A model generated the notes under the pieces. That model was not told the DNA's origin. It did not search any database and saw nothing but the letters and a program-made list of their open reading frames with translations. From contig JAVZDR010000024.1 in the NCBI GenBank assembly GCA_038873795.1, positions 1 to 8,094 of the forward strand: DNA of 8,094 nt, written 5' to 3'. Below are positions 1 through 5,994 of this stretch, in pieces (position 1 is the first letter of the stretch; each line of letters starts with the position of its first letter). The translations under genes and the position numbers were made by a program. This DNA comes from Candidatus Micrarchaeaceae archaeon. GTDB lineage: Archaea; Micrarchaeota; Micrarchaeia; Micrarchaeales; CABMGC01.

Positions 1-42
1 GTGAATCCTCTTTCTTCCCGCTAAAAAGACGATGCGCAACGC

Positions 43-50
43 TTATTAAT
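43..50 (+). promoter_or_regulatory. Putative archaeal TATA box for secG (leaderless transcript)
   Basis: AT-rich TTATTAAT lies 21-28 nt upstream of the ATG at 71, with no SD-like motif. Confidence 0.45.
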
Positions 51-70
51 TTTGCTGCGCAAATCTGATT

Positions 71-226
71 ATGGCAACCTTGTCAACGCCGCAGCAGCAG
101 GCCGGCATACTGAGCTTTTACGATGCGCCTGAAAAGGGGCCGCGGGTCAGTGTGAAAGCCGTTATAATACTCGTAATTGTATTCGCGCTAATTGTAGCGA
201 TCTTCGACCACGCCGCTGCTATATAG
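71..226 (+). CDS. secG: Preprotein translocase subunit Sec61beta (archaeal SecG/Secbeta), 51 aa
   Basis: Manual translation: MATLSTPQQQAGILSFYDAPEKGPRVSVKAVIILVIVFALIVAIFDHAAAI*. The 'AGILSFYD' segment matches the AG(L/I)xx(F/Y)(Y/F) motif of Sec61beta and is followed by one C-terminal TM helix. It is below the ORF-track length cutoff. Confidence 0.9.
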   Translation: MATLSTPQQQAGILSFYDAPEKGPRVSVKAVIILVIVFALIVAIFDHAAAI

Positions 227-240
227 GGCTTGGCCTGCGT

Positions 241-1281
241 TCAGTTTCTCTGCTTTGTTGCCTCCCTTGGGGGCAGCACAATATTTATCTTTGCACCGCA
301 CTTAGGGCACCTGCCGTCGCTGGTTATATTGTATTCTAATATGTCAAAGACGAATCTTTTTATCAACAGGGCGCCGCACTCCGGGCAGTATGTATTCTCA
401 TACTTGTGGCCAGGCACATTGCCCAGGTAGACATATCGCATTCCCTCTTCCTTAGCCACTTTGTAATGGCTCTCAAGCGTCTCGACTGGCGTCGATGGGA
501 AGTCAAGCATCTTGAAATCTGGGTGGAATCGCAGGAAATGCAGTGGCACGTCTGGGCCCATGTTGTCATAAATCCACTTTACCATCTTCCTCGCATCTTC
601 TAGAGAGTCGCCCACCTTGGGCACGACAAGGTCTGTTATCTCGATGAATATGCCCTTCTTTTTCATCTCGAGCAACGCATCGAATATTGGGTGCTCCGAT
701 ATTATAGAGATGTACTTCCTCGAGAACTGCGTGTTTGCATTGCCTTTAAAGTCGACAGTCATGGCATCTATGTAGCCTGCGGCTGCATCCACAGCCTCTG
801 GAGTCATATAGCCGTTTGTTACGAATGTGTTGAAGATTCCAGCCTTGTGAGCCTCCTTTGCTGCATCGATCGCATACTCCATGAAGATTGTCGGCTCGTT
901 GTATGTGTAGGTTATGCCATCTACCCCATATTTCTTCCCGAGATTTATAAGCTCCTTGGGCATTATATCAGTGCCGATCAGCTCACGCTCATGGCTTATG
1001 TCCCAGTTCTGGCAGTAGAGGCAGTTGAAGTTGCATCCCACAGTGCCTATGCTGAGCATCGACGCCCCAGGCTTGTAGTGGAAGAGTGGCTTCTTCTCAA
1101 TCGGGTCTATGTTGAGAGCAGCTATGTGCCCATAGACAAGGAGGTAGACCTTGCCGCCCTTGTTGGCCCTGACGCCACAGAACCCTTTCTGGCCATCGCC
1201 TATGTTGCAGCGCCTGGCGCAGAGGTTGCAAATAGCCCTTTTGTTTGGCAGCTGCTCGTAAAGTATGCCCTCCTTCTCCAT
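241..1281 (-). CDS. amrS: AmmeMemoRadiSam system radical SAM enzyme (PFL-activase-like family), 346 aa
   Basis: N-terminal CxxCxxxC..G.CGVR.N, 'DPIEKKPLFHY', radical SAM motif CNFNCLYC followed by QNWDIS, 'YTYNEPTI', 'HFLRFHP', 'YVYLGNV', and a C-terminal Zn-ribbon CPECG...CPKCG. Confidence 0.9.
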   Translation of the reverse strand: MEKEGILYEQLPNKRAICNLCARRCNIGDGQKGFCGVRANKGGKVYLLVYGHIAALNIDPIEKKPLFHYKPGASMLSIGTVGCNFNCLYCQNWDISHERELIGTDIMPKELINLGKKYGVDGITYTYNEPTIFMEYAIDAAKEAHKAGIFNTFVTNGYMTPEAVDAAAGYIDAMTVDFKGNANTQFSRKYISIISEHPIFDALLEMKKKGIFIEITDLVVPKVGDSLEDARKMVKWIYDNMGPDVPLHFLRFHPDFKMLDFPSTPVETLESHYKVAKEEGMRYVYLGNVPGHKYENTYCPECGALLIKRFVFDILEYNITSDGRCPKCGAKINIVLPPREATKQRN

Positions 1282-1300
1282 AATAAGATTATTGCGTATA

Positions 1301-1308
1301 TATTTATA
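1301..1308 (-). promoter_or_regulatory. Putative TATA box for amrS (leaderless)
   Basis: Minus-strand TATAAATA lies 20-27 nt upstream of the ATG at 1281. Confidence 0.55.
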
Positions 1309-1373
1309 GCAGTAGTTGGCGTAGGCGATTTGCCCTTCTTGGGCAGCTTTCCCTTTTCAAGGCTCAGAGTCTC

Positions 1374-3050
1374 TCAGGATTTCATTGCTTCCGTGATACT
1401 TTCCAGCATCTTATTCTGGCCTACGCCGTATTCCTTGACCTTCTCGATGTCTACGCCAGCCTTCTTAGCTATGTTTTCAACTACCCTGAGCATTATACTC
1501 CCGCCGAATTCTATTATGCCACTTGTTATGCGCCGTGAGATGGCATTGCCCTTTCCTTCGTATTTTGCATCACGCGCAGCCATCTTGGCAAGGTGCCTGT
1601 ATGAAGCATAGTAGACTGCAAGCATAGACTTTGAAAGTGCCTCCCTGTTCAGCGACCTTGCCTTTATCCTGCCTAATGGCACGTTGAGCATAGGTGTAAC
1701 CGTGAATTCGAAGGGCCTATTGTCGACGAAAGAGTTGCTCAACTTGTTTATAAGTGCAACGGTCTCCCAGTTGTCATCATCAGTCTCGCCCTCCTGGCCG
1801 ACCTGCACTGTGAATGCTGGTCTCCAATAGTTCTTTGTCTCGACTTCTACTCCTTTCCAGACTATCTCCTGCCAGCTGCCATCTACGCCGATCTTCAGCG
1901 GCAGGGTCTTTGCAGGCATATGCTTTTTGGCGAGCTCCTCGCTGCCAGTCTCGAGGCCTGTCTGAACGCCTATCCAGTTGTTCGGACCGGCATGCATCAC
2001 CTTAGAGAGCTTTTCAATCAGCTCAGGGAAGCCCGCGGGTATAGATATTCTGGCATGTGTAGGATTTGAAGTCTTTACTCCCGGAATTGACATTACCGCC
2101 TGCATCAGCTCAATGAGTGCATCCTCGTTAGGCTCGAAGAACTTGCCGTGCTTGTAGCCGAAGAATTCATCTGTGTGCAGCCAAGCCTTGTTAGATCCGC
2201 CCTCTCTTACGTTTACTTCCACTTCCTTCCTAATCATATCTATTGTGTAGTACCTGAGAGGCCTCAGCGTCACCTCGCAGAAGTCACATCCTATGCCGCA
2301 GCCGCGCATTATCTCTACAAGCGACTTTATTGAGGGCCTGACAATCGTTGGGATCTTCTCGAGGCTTGGATATGCCCCATAGGAGGTCCTTGCAATGTAC
2401 CTCTCATCGTCTACCGAGATCATGTGGAACATGCTATCGAAGGTTATATAGCCCCTCCTGAACATCTTTGTGTCAATGCTGTCTGTGGCGATCTGCTCGA
2501 AGAGCTCATTGGCTACGTCATCTATCTCGCCCTGCACGGCATAATCTATCTTCTGCTTGGCAAAGTCGTCGTTCAACACGGTAAAGTCCCATACGCCCGG
2601 CCCGCCGACTACAAGCTTGGCCTTCTTACCAGCCCTCAGCTTGTTCAAGTAGTCAATTAGGTCATACCACTCCTGGCGCACCCATGCGTCGGGATCGCCG
2701 AAGAGCGCCGCATATGACATTGTCAATGGGCCTATGCCATAAGGATCCATTGTCGAAACGCCAATCACTTCTGTCTTATCATCTATGAACCTGTGGGCGT
2801 TGAAGATGTCTGTAACGGCTACATCTTCCCTGGGATTCTTCTGGAGGAGGGCGGCCTCGATCTTCCTAATTGAGTATGGTGCATGAAGCAGCTGCCCGTC
2901 CGGATAAGTCTTTGGGGGCTTGCCCCTGAGAAAGTTGTAGATGACCCTAGGGACGGATTTTTGTGGCGCGCTGGGCAGAAAGTCCAGTAGAGGAAAATCC
3001 CTGAATGTGTATATCAGCGTCGAGTCCGCGACGAGCACGTATCTGGCCAT
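1374..3050 (-). CDS. B12-binding-domain-like radical SAM protein, probable GDGT ring synthase (Grs)-family / tetraether-lipid-modifying enzyme, 558 aa from ATG 3050
   Basis: Radical SAM motif RGCGIGCDFC. The N-terminal 'VLVADSTL..F.DFLPSAP...APYSIRKIEAAL', 'GVSTMDPYG.GP', 'VVGGPGVW', 'KEVEVN' and 'GLETGS..L..K.M.AK' resemble GrsA/GrsB-family motifs as I recall them. ATG at 3050 is preferred over GTG at 3071 because a TATA-like element lies at about 3075-3081. Confidence 0.7.
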   Translation of the reverse strand: MARYVLVADSTLIYTFRDFPLLDFLPSAPQKSVPRVIYNFLRGKPPKTYPDGQLLHAPYSIRKIEAALLQKNPREDVAVTDIFNAHRFIDDKTEVIGVSTMDPYGIGPLTMSYAALFGDPDAWVRQEWYDLIDYLNKLRAGKKAKLVVGGPGVWDFTVLNDDFAKQKIDYAVQGEIDDVANELFEQIATDSIDTKMFRRGYITFDSMFHMISVDDERYIARTSYGAYPSLEKIPTIVRPSIKSLVEIMRGCGIGCDFCEVTLRPLRYYTIDMIRKEVEVNVREGGSNKAWLHTDEFFGYKHGKFFEPNEDALIELMQAVMSIPGVKTSNPTHARISIPAGFPELIEKLSKVMHAGPNNWIGVQTGLETGSEELAKKHMPAKTLPLKIGVDGSWQEIVWKGVEVETKNYWRPAFTVQVGQEGETDDDNWETVALINKLSNSFVDNRPFEFTVTPMLNVPLGRIKARSLNREALSKSMLAVYYASYRHLAKMAARDAKYEGKGNAISRRITSGIIEFGGSIMLRVVENIAKKAGVDIEKVKEYGVGQNKMLESITEAMKS

Positions 3051-3099
3051 TTCTAACACCAAATTTTTCACTGCCTTATAGAAGGAATCAAAGCAAAGA

Positions 3100-3170
3100 A
3101 TCTAAGAGAAATATTGTAGAAAAAATATAAAAATCTGCCACATATGCGAGGTGAGTATCGCAAGGGCAAA
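3100..3170 (-). terminator. Putative terminator downstream of tRNA-Ile (hairpin plus T-rich tract)
   Basis: On the minus strand, TTTGCC..TGCGA-loop-TCGCA..GGCAGA is followed by TTTTTATATTTTTTCT. Confidence 0.4.
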
Positions 3171-3178
3171 TGTTTGGA

Positions 3179-3272
3179 TGGGCCCGGAGAGATTTGAACT
3201 CTCGACCTTCCGATCTTTGAAGGGCAATGCCCTTATCAGTCGGACGCTCCGACCATGCTAAGCTACGAGCCC
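3179..3272 (-). tRNA. tRNA-Ile(GAU) with 19-nt intron at 37/38 (intron 3215-3233)
   Basis: Minus strand: GGGCTCG TA GCTT AGCATGGTCG GAGC G TCCGA CTGATA [AGGGCATTGCCCTTCAAAG] A TCGGA AGGTC GAGAG TTCAAAT CTCTC CGGGCCC A. It forms a complete cloverleaf of 75 nt after splicing, with the anticodon at 3235-3237. CCA is not encoded directly after the discriminator. Confidence 0.95.
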
Positions 3273-3294
3273 ACATGTTTAAATATGCACGAAT

Positions 3295-4272
3295 TTATTT
3301 ATATTGCTTATTCTTTTCTTTGGAAATGCTGGCAAAGCGCCTGAAATCTGAGAGCAATTCGTGCTCAAGCCTCTTCAGGCGCAACGCCGCGGCAGGATGG
3401 AATGTCAGCATAAACTTTATGCCATCCCTCTCGAATATTTTGCCGTGGTTCTTGTTCACATCCCCGATGCCAAGCAGTGCATTACCCGCGGTGTCGCCAA
3501 GAAGCAGCACGTATTTTGGCGCTATAATGGCAATCTGCCTCCTAAGGAAAGGGAGGCATTCGCGTATCTCCCCTTCTGTGGGTTGCCTGTTCTTTGGCGG
3601 AAAGAATTGCACCACGCTTGTTATGTATACCTTCTCGCGCCTCATCCCGGCTCTTCTTAGCATGCTTTCGAGGAGCTGGCCGCTTCTGCCAACAAAGGGC
3701 CTCTGCTGGGCGTCTTCATTCGCGCCTGGCGCCTGGCCTATAATCATGATCTTTGCATCGAGAGGGCCCTCGCCCTTTACGAACCTTGCGCTCAACCCCC
3801 AGCCCCTCTTCTCTGAGAGCCTTGCATACTCCTCGTTAAGGGCGTCCATTGCGTCTATCCTCGAGGCGTATTCGTCGGCAGCCTTTATAAGTTCCTTTGT
3901 GTCTTTGTATGAAGCCTTGAGCATTGCATCATTGTAGTCAAGCCAAACATAGCCTGTGTGCTCTTTTGATATTCTGACCTTGTCGTCGCCCTTCCGGACC
4001 TCGCCAAGGAAGACTGTAAGAGACTTGAGTACCTTCACTTTGCCCTCGTAGAAGAAGTACTTATAACTCTGCCTGAAGAATGGCTTTACCTCAGGCACCA
4101 TACCAGTCTCCTCTCTTGTTTCACGTATCGCTGCATCATATGCTTTCTCGCCTTTCTCTATGTGGCCTTTGGGTATGTCAAGCCTGCCATCATCCCTCTT
4201 AAGGAAGAGGAAGAGTCTTTTGCCACTCTCTTTTTTGTATATGAAAATGCCAGCTGAGTACTCGAACCTCAT
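3295..4272 (-). CDS. Fusion protein: N-terminal Nudix hydrolase (Ap4A-hydrolase-like) + C-terminal family-4-like uracil-DNA glycosylase domain, 325 aa
   Basis: Intact Nudix box G-HIEKG-E-KAYDAAI-RE-TR-EE-TG with 'PKGH' and 'IS.EH..Y.W' typical of Ap4A hydrolases. UDG motifs 'GEGPLDAKIMIIGQAPG.NED...RPFVG.SG', 'PP.NR.P', 'LLG..A' and 'TFHPAA'. Confidence 0.9.
   Translation of the reverse strand: MRFEYSAGIFIYKKESGKRLFLFLKRDDGRLDIPKGHIEKGEKAYDAAIRETREETGMVPEVKPFFRQSYKYFFYEGKVKVLKSLTVFLGEVRKGDDKVRISKEHTGYVWLDYNDAMLKASYKDTKELIKAADEYASRIDAMDALNEEYARLSEKRGWGLSARFVKGEGPLDAKIMIIGQAPGANEDAQQRPFVGRSGQLLESMLRRAGMRREKVYITSVVQFFPPKNRQPTEGEIRECLPFLRRQIAIIAPKYVLLLGDTAGNALLGIGDVNKNHGKIFERDGIKFMLTFHPAAALRLKRLEHELLSDFRRFASISKEKNKQYK
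3296..3303 (-). promoter_or_regulatory. Putative TATA box for tRNA-Ile, embedded in the last codons of the Nudix-UDG gene
   Basis: Minus-strand TATAAATA lies 24-31 nt upstream of the tRNA 5' end at 3272. Confidence 0.5.
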
Positions 4273-5789
4273 GCACCCACCAGCTTGCTTGATGTGCAGT
4301 AAGCACTTTCAAGATAATCTGCCTCAGTCCTGTTTGTGTAGAGGGAGATTGGAAAATCCAGCAAGGCGGTGTAAAGCCTGTCATATTTGCAGTGTATGCC
4401 TGTAAGGTTCTTGGCTGGCATTACCACAAAGGCATCGGCAAAAACCGCGCTGGCATTTACAACATAGGCGAGCTCTGTGCTGTAGACAAAGAACCTAGTG
4501 CCGTTGGATTCTACATCGTATATGCTTGCTGGCACACCATTAACGCCCATTGCGCCCATCCTCCCGAATATTGTGGTGTTTTTAAGCAGGTCGCTAATGA
4601 TGCTTGGGTTGGGCTTGGTGACGAGCACAACTATGGGGCTCTGGTTTGTAAATGTCTCATTTGAAAGCAATACCAGCGCGGCGTTCTGTGTCACTTCGGA
4701 GAAGCTGGAAAAGTTCATGCCGCTGCCTATCTCTGAAAGGTCCGATGCAAGGCTCTTGCTCGCGAGGGGGTTGAACTGGGCATGATTGTATACAAGCATG
4801 GGCGATATATTGAGTGCAGTCGAGTAATTGGCTGTAATTGCGAGGTAGGCAAATGAGAGCGCAAGCGCCGCAAAGATGGAAGGGGAAGCTAAGCGCAGCG
4901 TCGCAAGGCTGGAAAGAGAGCGCCTTTGCGTCCTCTTTGTGAAGGGCATCCTGAGCCCGAAGAGCGGAGCGGCAACGAGCATCACGATTATATCAGCATA
5001 GAAGAGAAGCATGCCCGCAAAGTTGTGAACAAATGATACTGCTGCGTTTGGCCCGCTTGCTATCCACAGATAGCCTATTGCAGACATCCTGGCTATATTG
5101 AGGAGAAGGAGGAGGGCAAAGGCAGCCACTATCCAATATACCTTCCTTGAGAGCCTGCCGTTATAGAAATATGCGACCGGTATTAGGAAGAAGACTATGC
5201 CTATCAACATGCCTATGCCTGCGCATGTGGTGCCTATGCCTATGAGATAGCCGCCTGCCCTGATTGAAAGGGGCGGCATGTAGGCTGCGCTTGAGTCAAA
5301 GGCGTGTATTATTGAGTAGACTACAGCAGTATTCAGCCTTGCAAAACCTTGGTTCACGCCCACAAGAGGCGTAAGGAATATCGGCGATGCAAAGAGTGTA
5401 TAGATGAGGATGCTCTTGAATGAGCTAAGGTTCTTGAAGCCGAAGAGTATTATGGCTATGGCTGCAAACCCAAGGGGCATTAGGAGCATATCAACCTTGA
5501 AGCTCATGTAGAGTATCGAAAATGCAAGCCTCAGGTATATTGCCAAGGCAATGAAAACCGCAAATAAGCATATGCCAAGTATTGTGCTTTTGGCGCTCGG
5601 CCTTGGAATCAGCTTGTTTTTTGCGGCAAAGAGCGCAAAGAGGGGCAGCATCAGCATTGGCACTATCACGTATGTTGTCGGATCTGTGTCAAGTATCGAA
5701 AATGAGGTTATTGAAAGCGATGTGAGAAGCATCACCACAATGGCTATAGCAAAGACCACAATGCCAATCCCTTTAGTGTAATGCCTCAT
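4269..5789 (-). CDS. Exosortase/archaeosortase family membrane protein with extracellular C-terminal domain (~506 aa)
   Basis: Polytopic membrane protein with the catalytic-triad contexts 'IGTTCAGI' (Cys), 'LLLNIARM' (Arg) and 'FVHNFAG' (His). The ATG at 5789 is preceded by SD-like GGTGG; an alternative TTG start lies at 5801. Its stop overlaps the next start (ATGA at 4269-4272). Confidence 0.85.
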   Translation of the reverse strand: MRHYTKGIGIVVFAIAIVVMLLTSLSITSFSILDTDPTTYVIVPMLMLPLFALFAAKNKLIPRPSAKSTILGICLFAVFIALAIYLRLAFSILYMSFKVDMLLMPLGFAAIAIILFGFKNLSSFKSILIYTLFASPIFLTPLVGVNQGFARLNTAVVYSIIHAFDSSAAYMPPLSIRAGGYLIGIGTTCAGIGMLIGIVFFLIPVAYFYNGRLSRKVYWIVAAFALLLLLNIARMSAIGYLWIASGPNAAVSFVHNFAGMLLFYADIIVMLVAAPLFGLRMPFTKRTQRRSLSSLATLRLASPSIFAALALSFAYLAITANYSTALNISPMLVYNHAQFNPLASKSLASDLSEIGSGMNFSSFSEVTQNAALVLLSNETFTNQSPIVVLVTKPNPSIISDLLKNTTIFGRMGAMGVNGVPASIYDVESNGTRFFVYSTELAYVVNASAVFADAFVVMPAKNLTGIHCKYDRLYTALLDFPISLYTNRTEADYLESAYCTSSKLVGA

Positions 5790-5809
5790 CCACCGCACCA
5801 AAGAATTTT

Positions 5810-5867
5810 GTCCTCAGCCGATATAGGCCTCATCACATTTCAGCAGTTACTCTTTTCTTCACAGGAC
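5810..5867 (-). ncRNA. Box C/D 2'-O-methylation guide sRNA (58 nt)
   Basis: Minus strand: GTCC T [C: GTGAAGA] AAAGAGTAACTG [D': CTGA] AAT [C': GTGATGA] GGCCTATATCGG [D: CTGA] GGAC. All four boxes are in order, both guides are 12 nt, there is a terminal stem GTCC/GGAC, and a TATA box lies about 25 nt upstream. Confidence 0.9.
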
Positions 5868-5888
5868 GTTATTATTTATGCTTCTTGC

Positions 5889-5896
5889 TTTATATA
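5889..5896 (-). promoter_or_regulatory. Putative TATA box for the C/D sRNA (and possibly the downstream exosortase operon)
   Basis: Minus-strand TATATAAA lies 22-29 nt upstream of the sRNA 5' end at 5867. Confidence 0.6.
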
Positions 5897-5907
5897 TCTG
5901 CGTTTGA

Positions 5908-5994
5908 AGCCAGGAGGGGGACTTTCGTATGGGATATGTCGAACCCCCCTCTGCCGCTCTGCAGGCGGCTGCATAGCCGATCTGCCATCCTGGC
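5908..5994 (-). tRNA. tRNA-Cys(GCA) with 16-nt non-canonical intron at 59/60 in the T-loop (intron 5922-5937)
   Basis: Minus strand: GCCAGGA TG GCA GATCGGCTA TGC A GCCGC CTGCAGA GCGGC AGAG GGGGG TTCGAC [ATATCCCATACGAAAG] T CCCCC TCCTGGC T. Anticodon GCA is at 5960-5962, with G37 and the U73 discriminator typical of tRNA-Cys. It is 71 nt after splicing. Confidence 0.95.

Noticed and set aside
1..24. GTGAATCCTC...CCCGCTAA could be the 3' end of an upstream CDS (VNPLSSR*) or of a tRNA
   Set aside because: Too little sequence to decide, and no complete T-arm or acceptor pairing is visible.
1282..1376. Possible UGA readthrough/selenocysteine extension of the Grs-like gene (ETLSLEKGKLPKK...) with a small hairpin TGCCC-N5-GGGCA
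   Set aside because: There is no convincing archaeal SECIS, the stop is at a plausible family C-terminus, and the extension runs into the amrS promoter.
691..1611. 306-aa plus-strand ORF
   Set aside because: It is an antisense shadow of two well-supported radical SAM genes and has no recognizable motifs.
3215..3225. CUUCAAA (a tRNA-Sec-like anticodon loop) inside the tRNA-Ile intron, suggesting alternative splicing to a UCA anticodon
   Set aside because: It is explained by the intron's need to pair with the anticodon-loop bases UGA. No splice geometry yields it, and the tRNA body lacks tRNA-Sec features.
3088..3276. 62-aa minus-strand ORF
   Set aside because: It overlaps tRNA-Ile and is spurious.
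3227..3937. 236-aa plus-strand ORF, and other short antisense or nested ORFs in the track
   Set aside because: They are shadows of the Nudix-UDG, exosortase, CBS and pilin genes, with no independent coding evidence.
5818..5829. sRNA D guide pairing with the tRNA-Cys 5' leader (UAGGCC)
   Set aside because: Only 6 nt match, and they do not cover the +5 position.
3179..5994. Exosortase/Nudix-UDG block flanked by two tRNAs as a possible integrated element
   Set aside because: I saw no integrase, no duplicated tRNA 3' end (att) and no obvious compositional shift.
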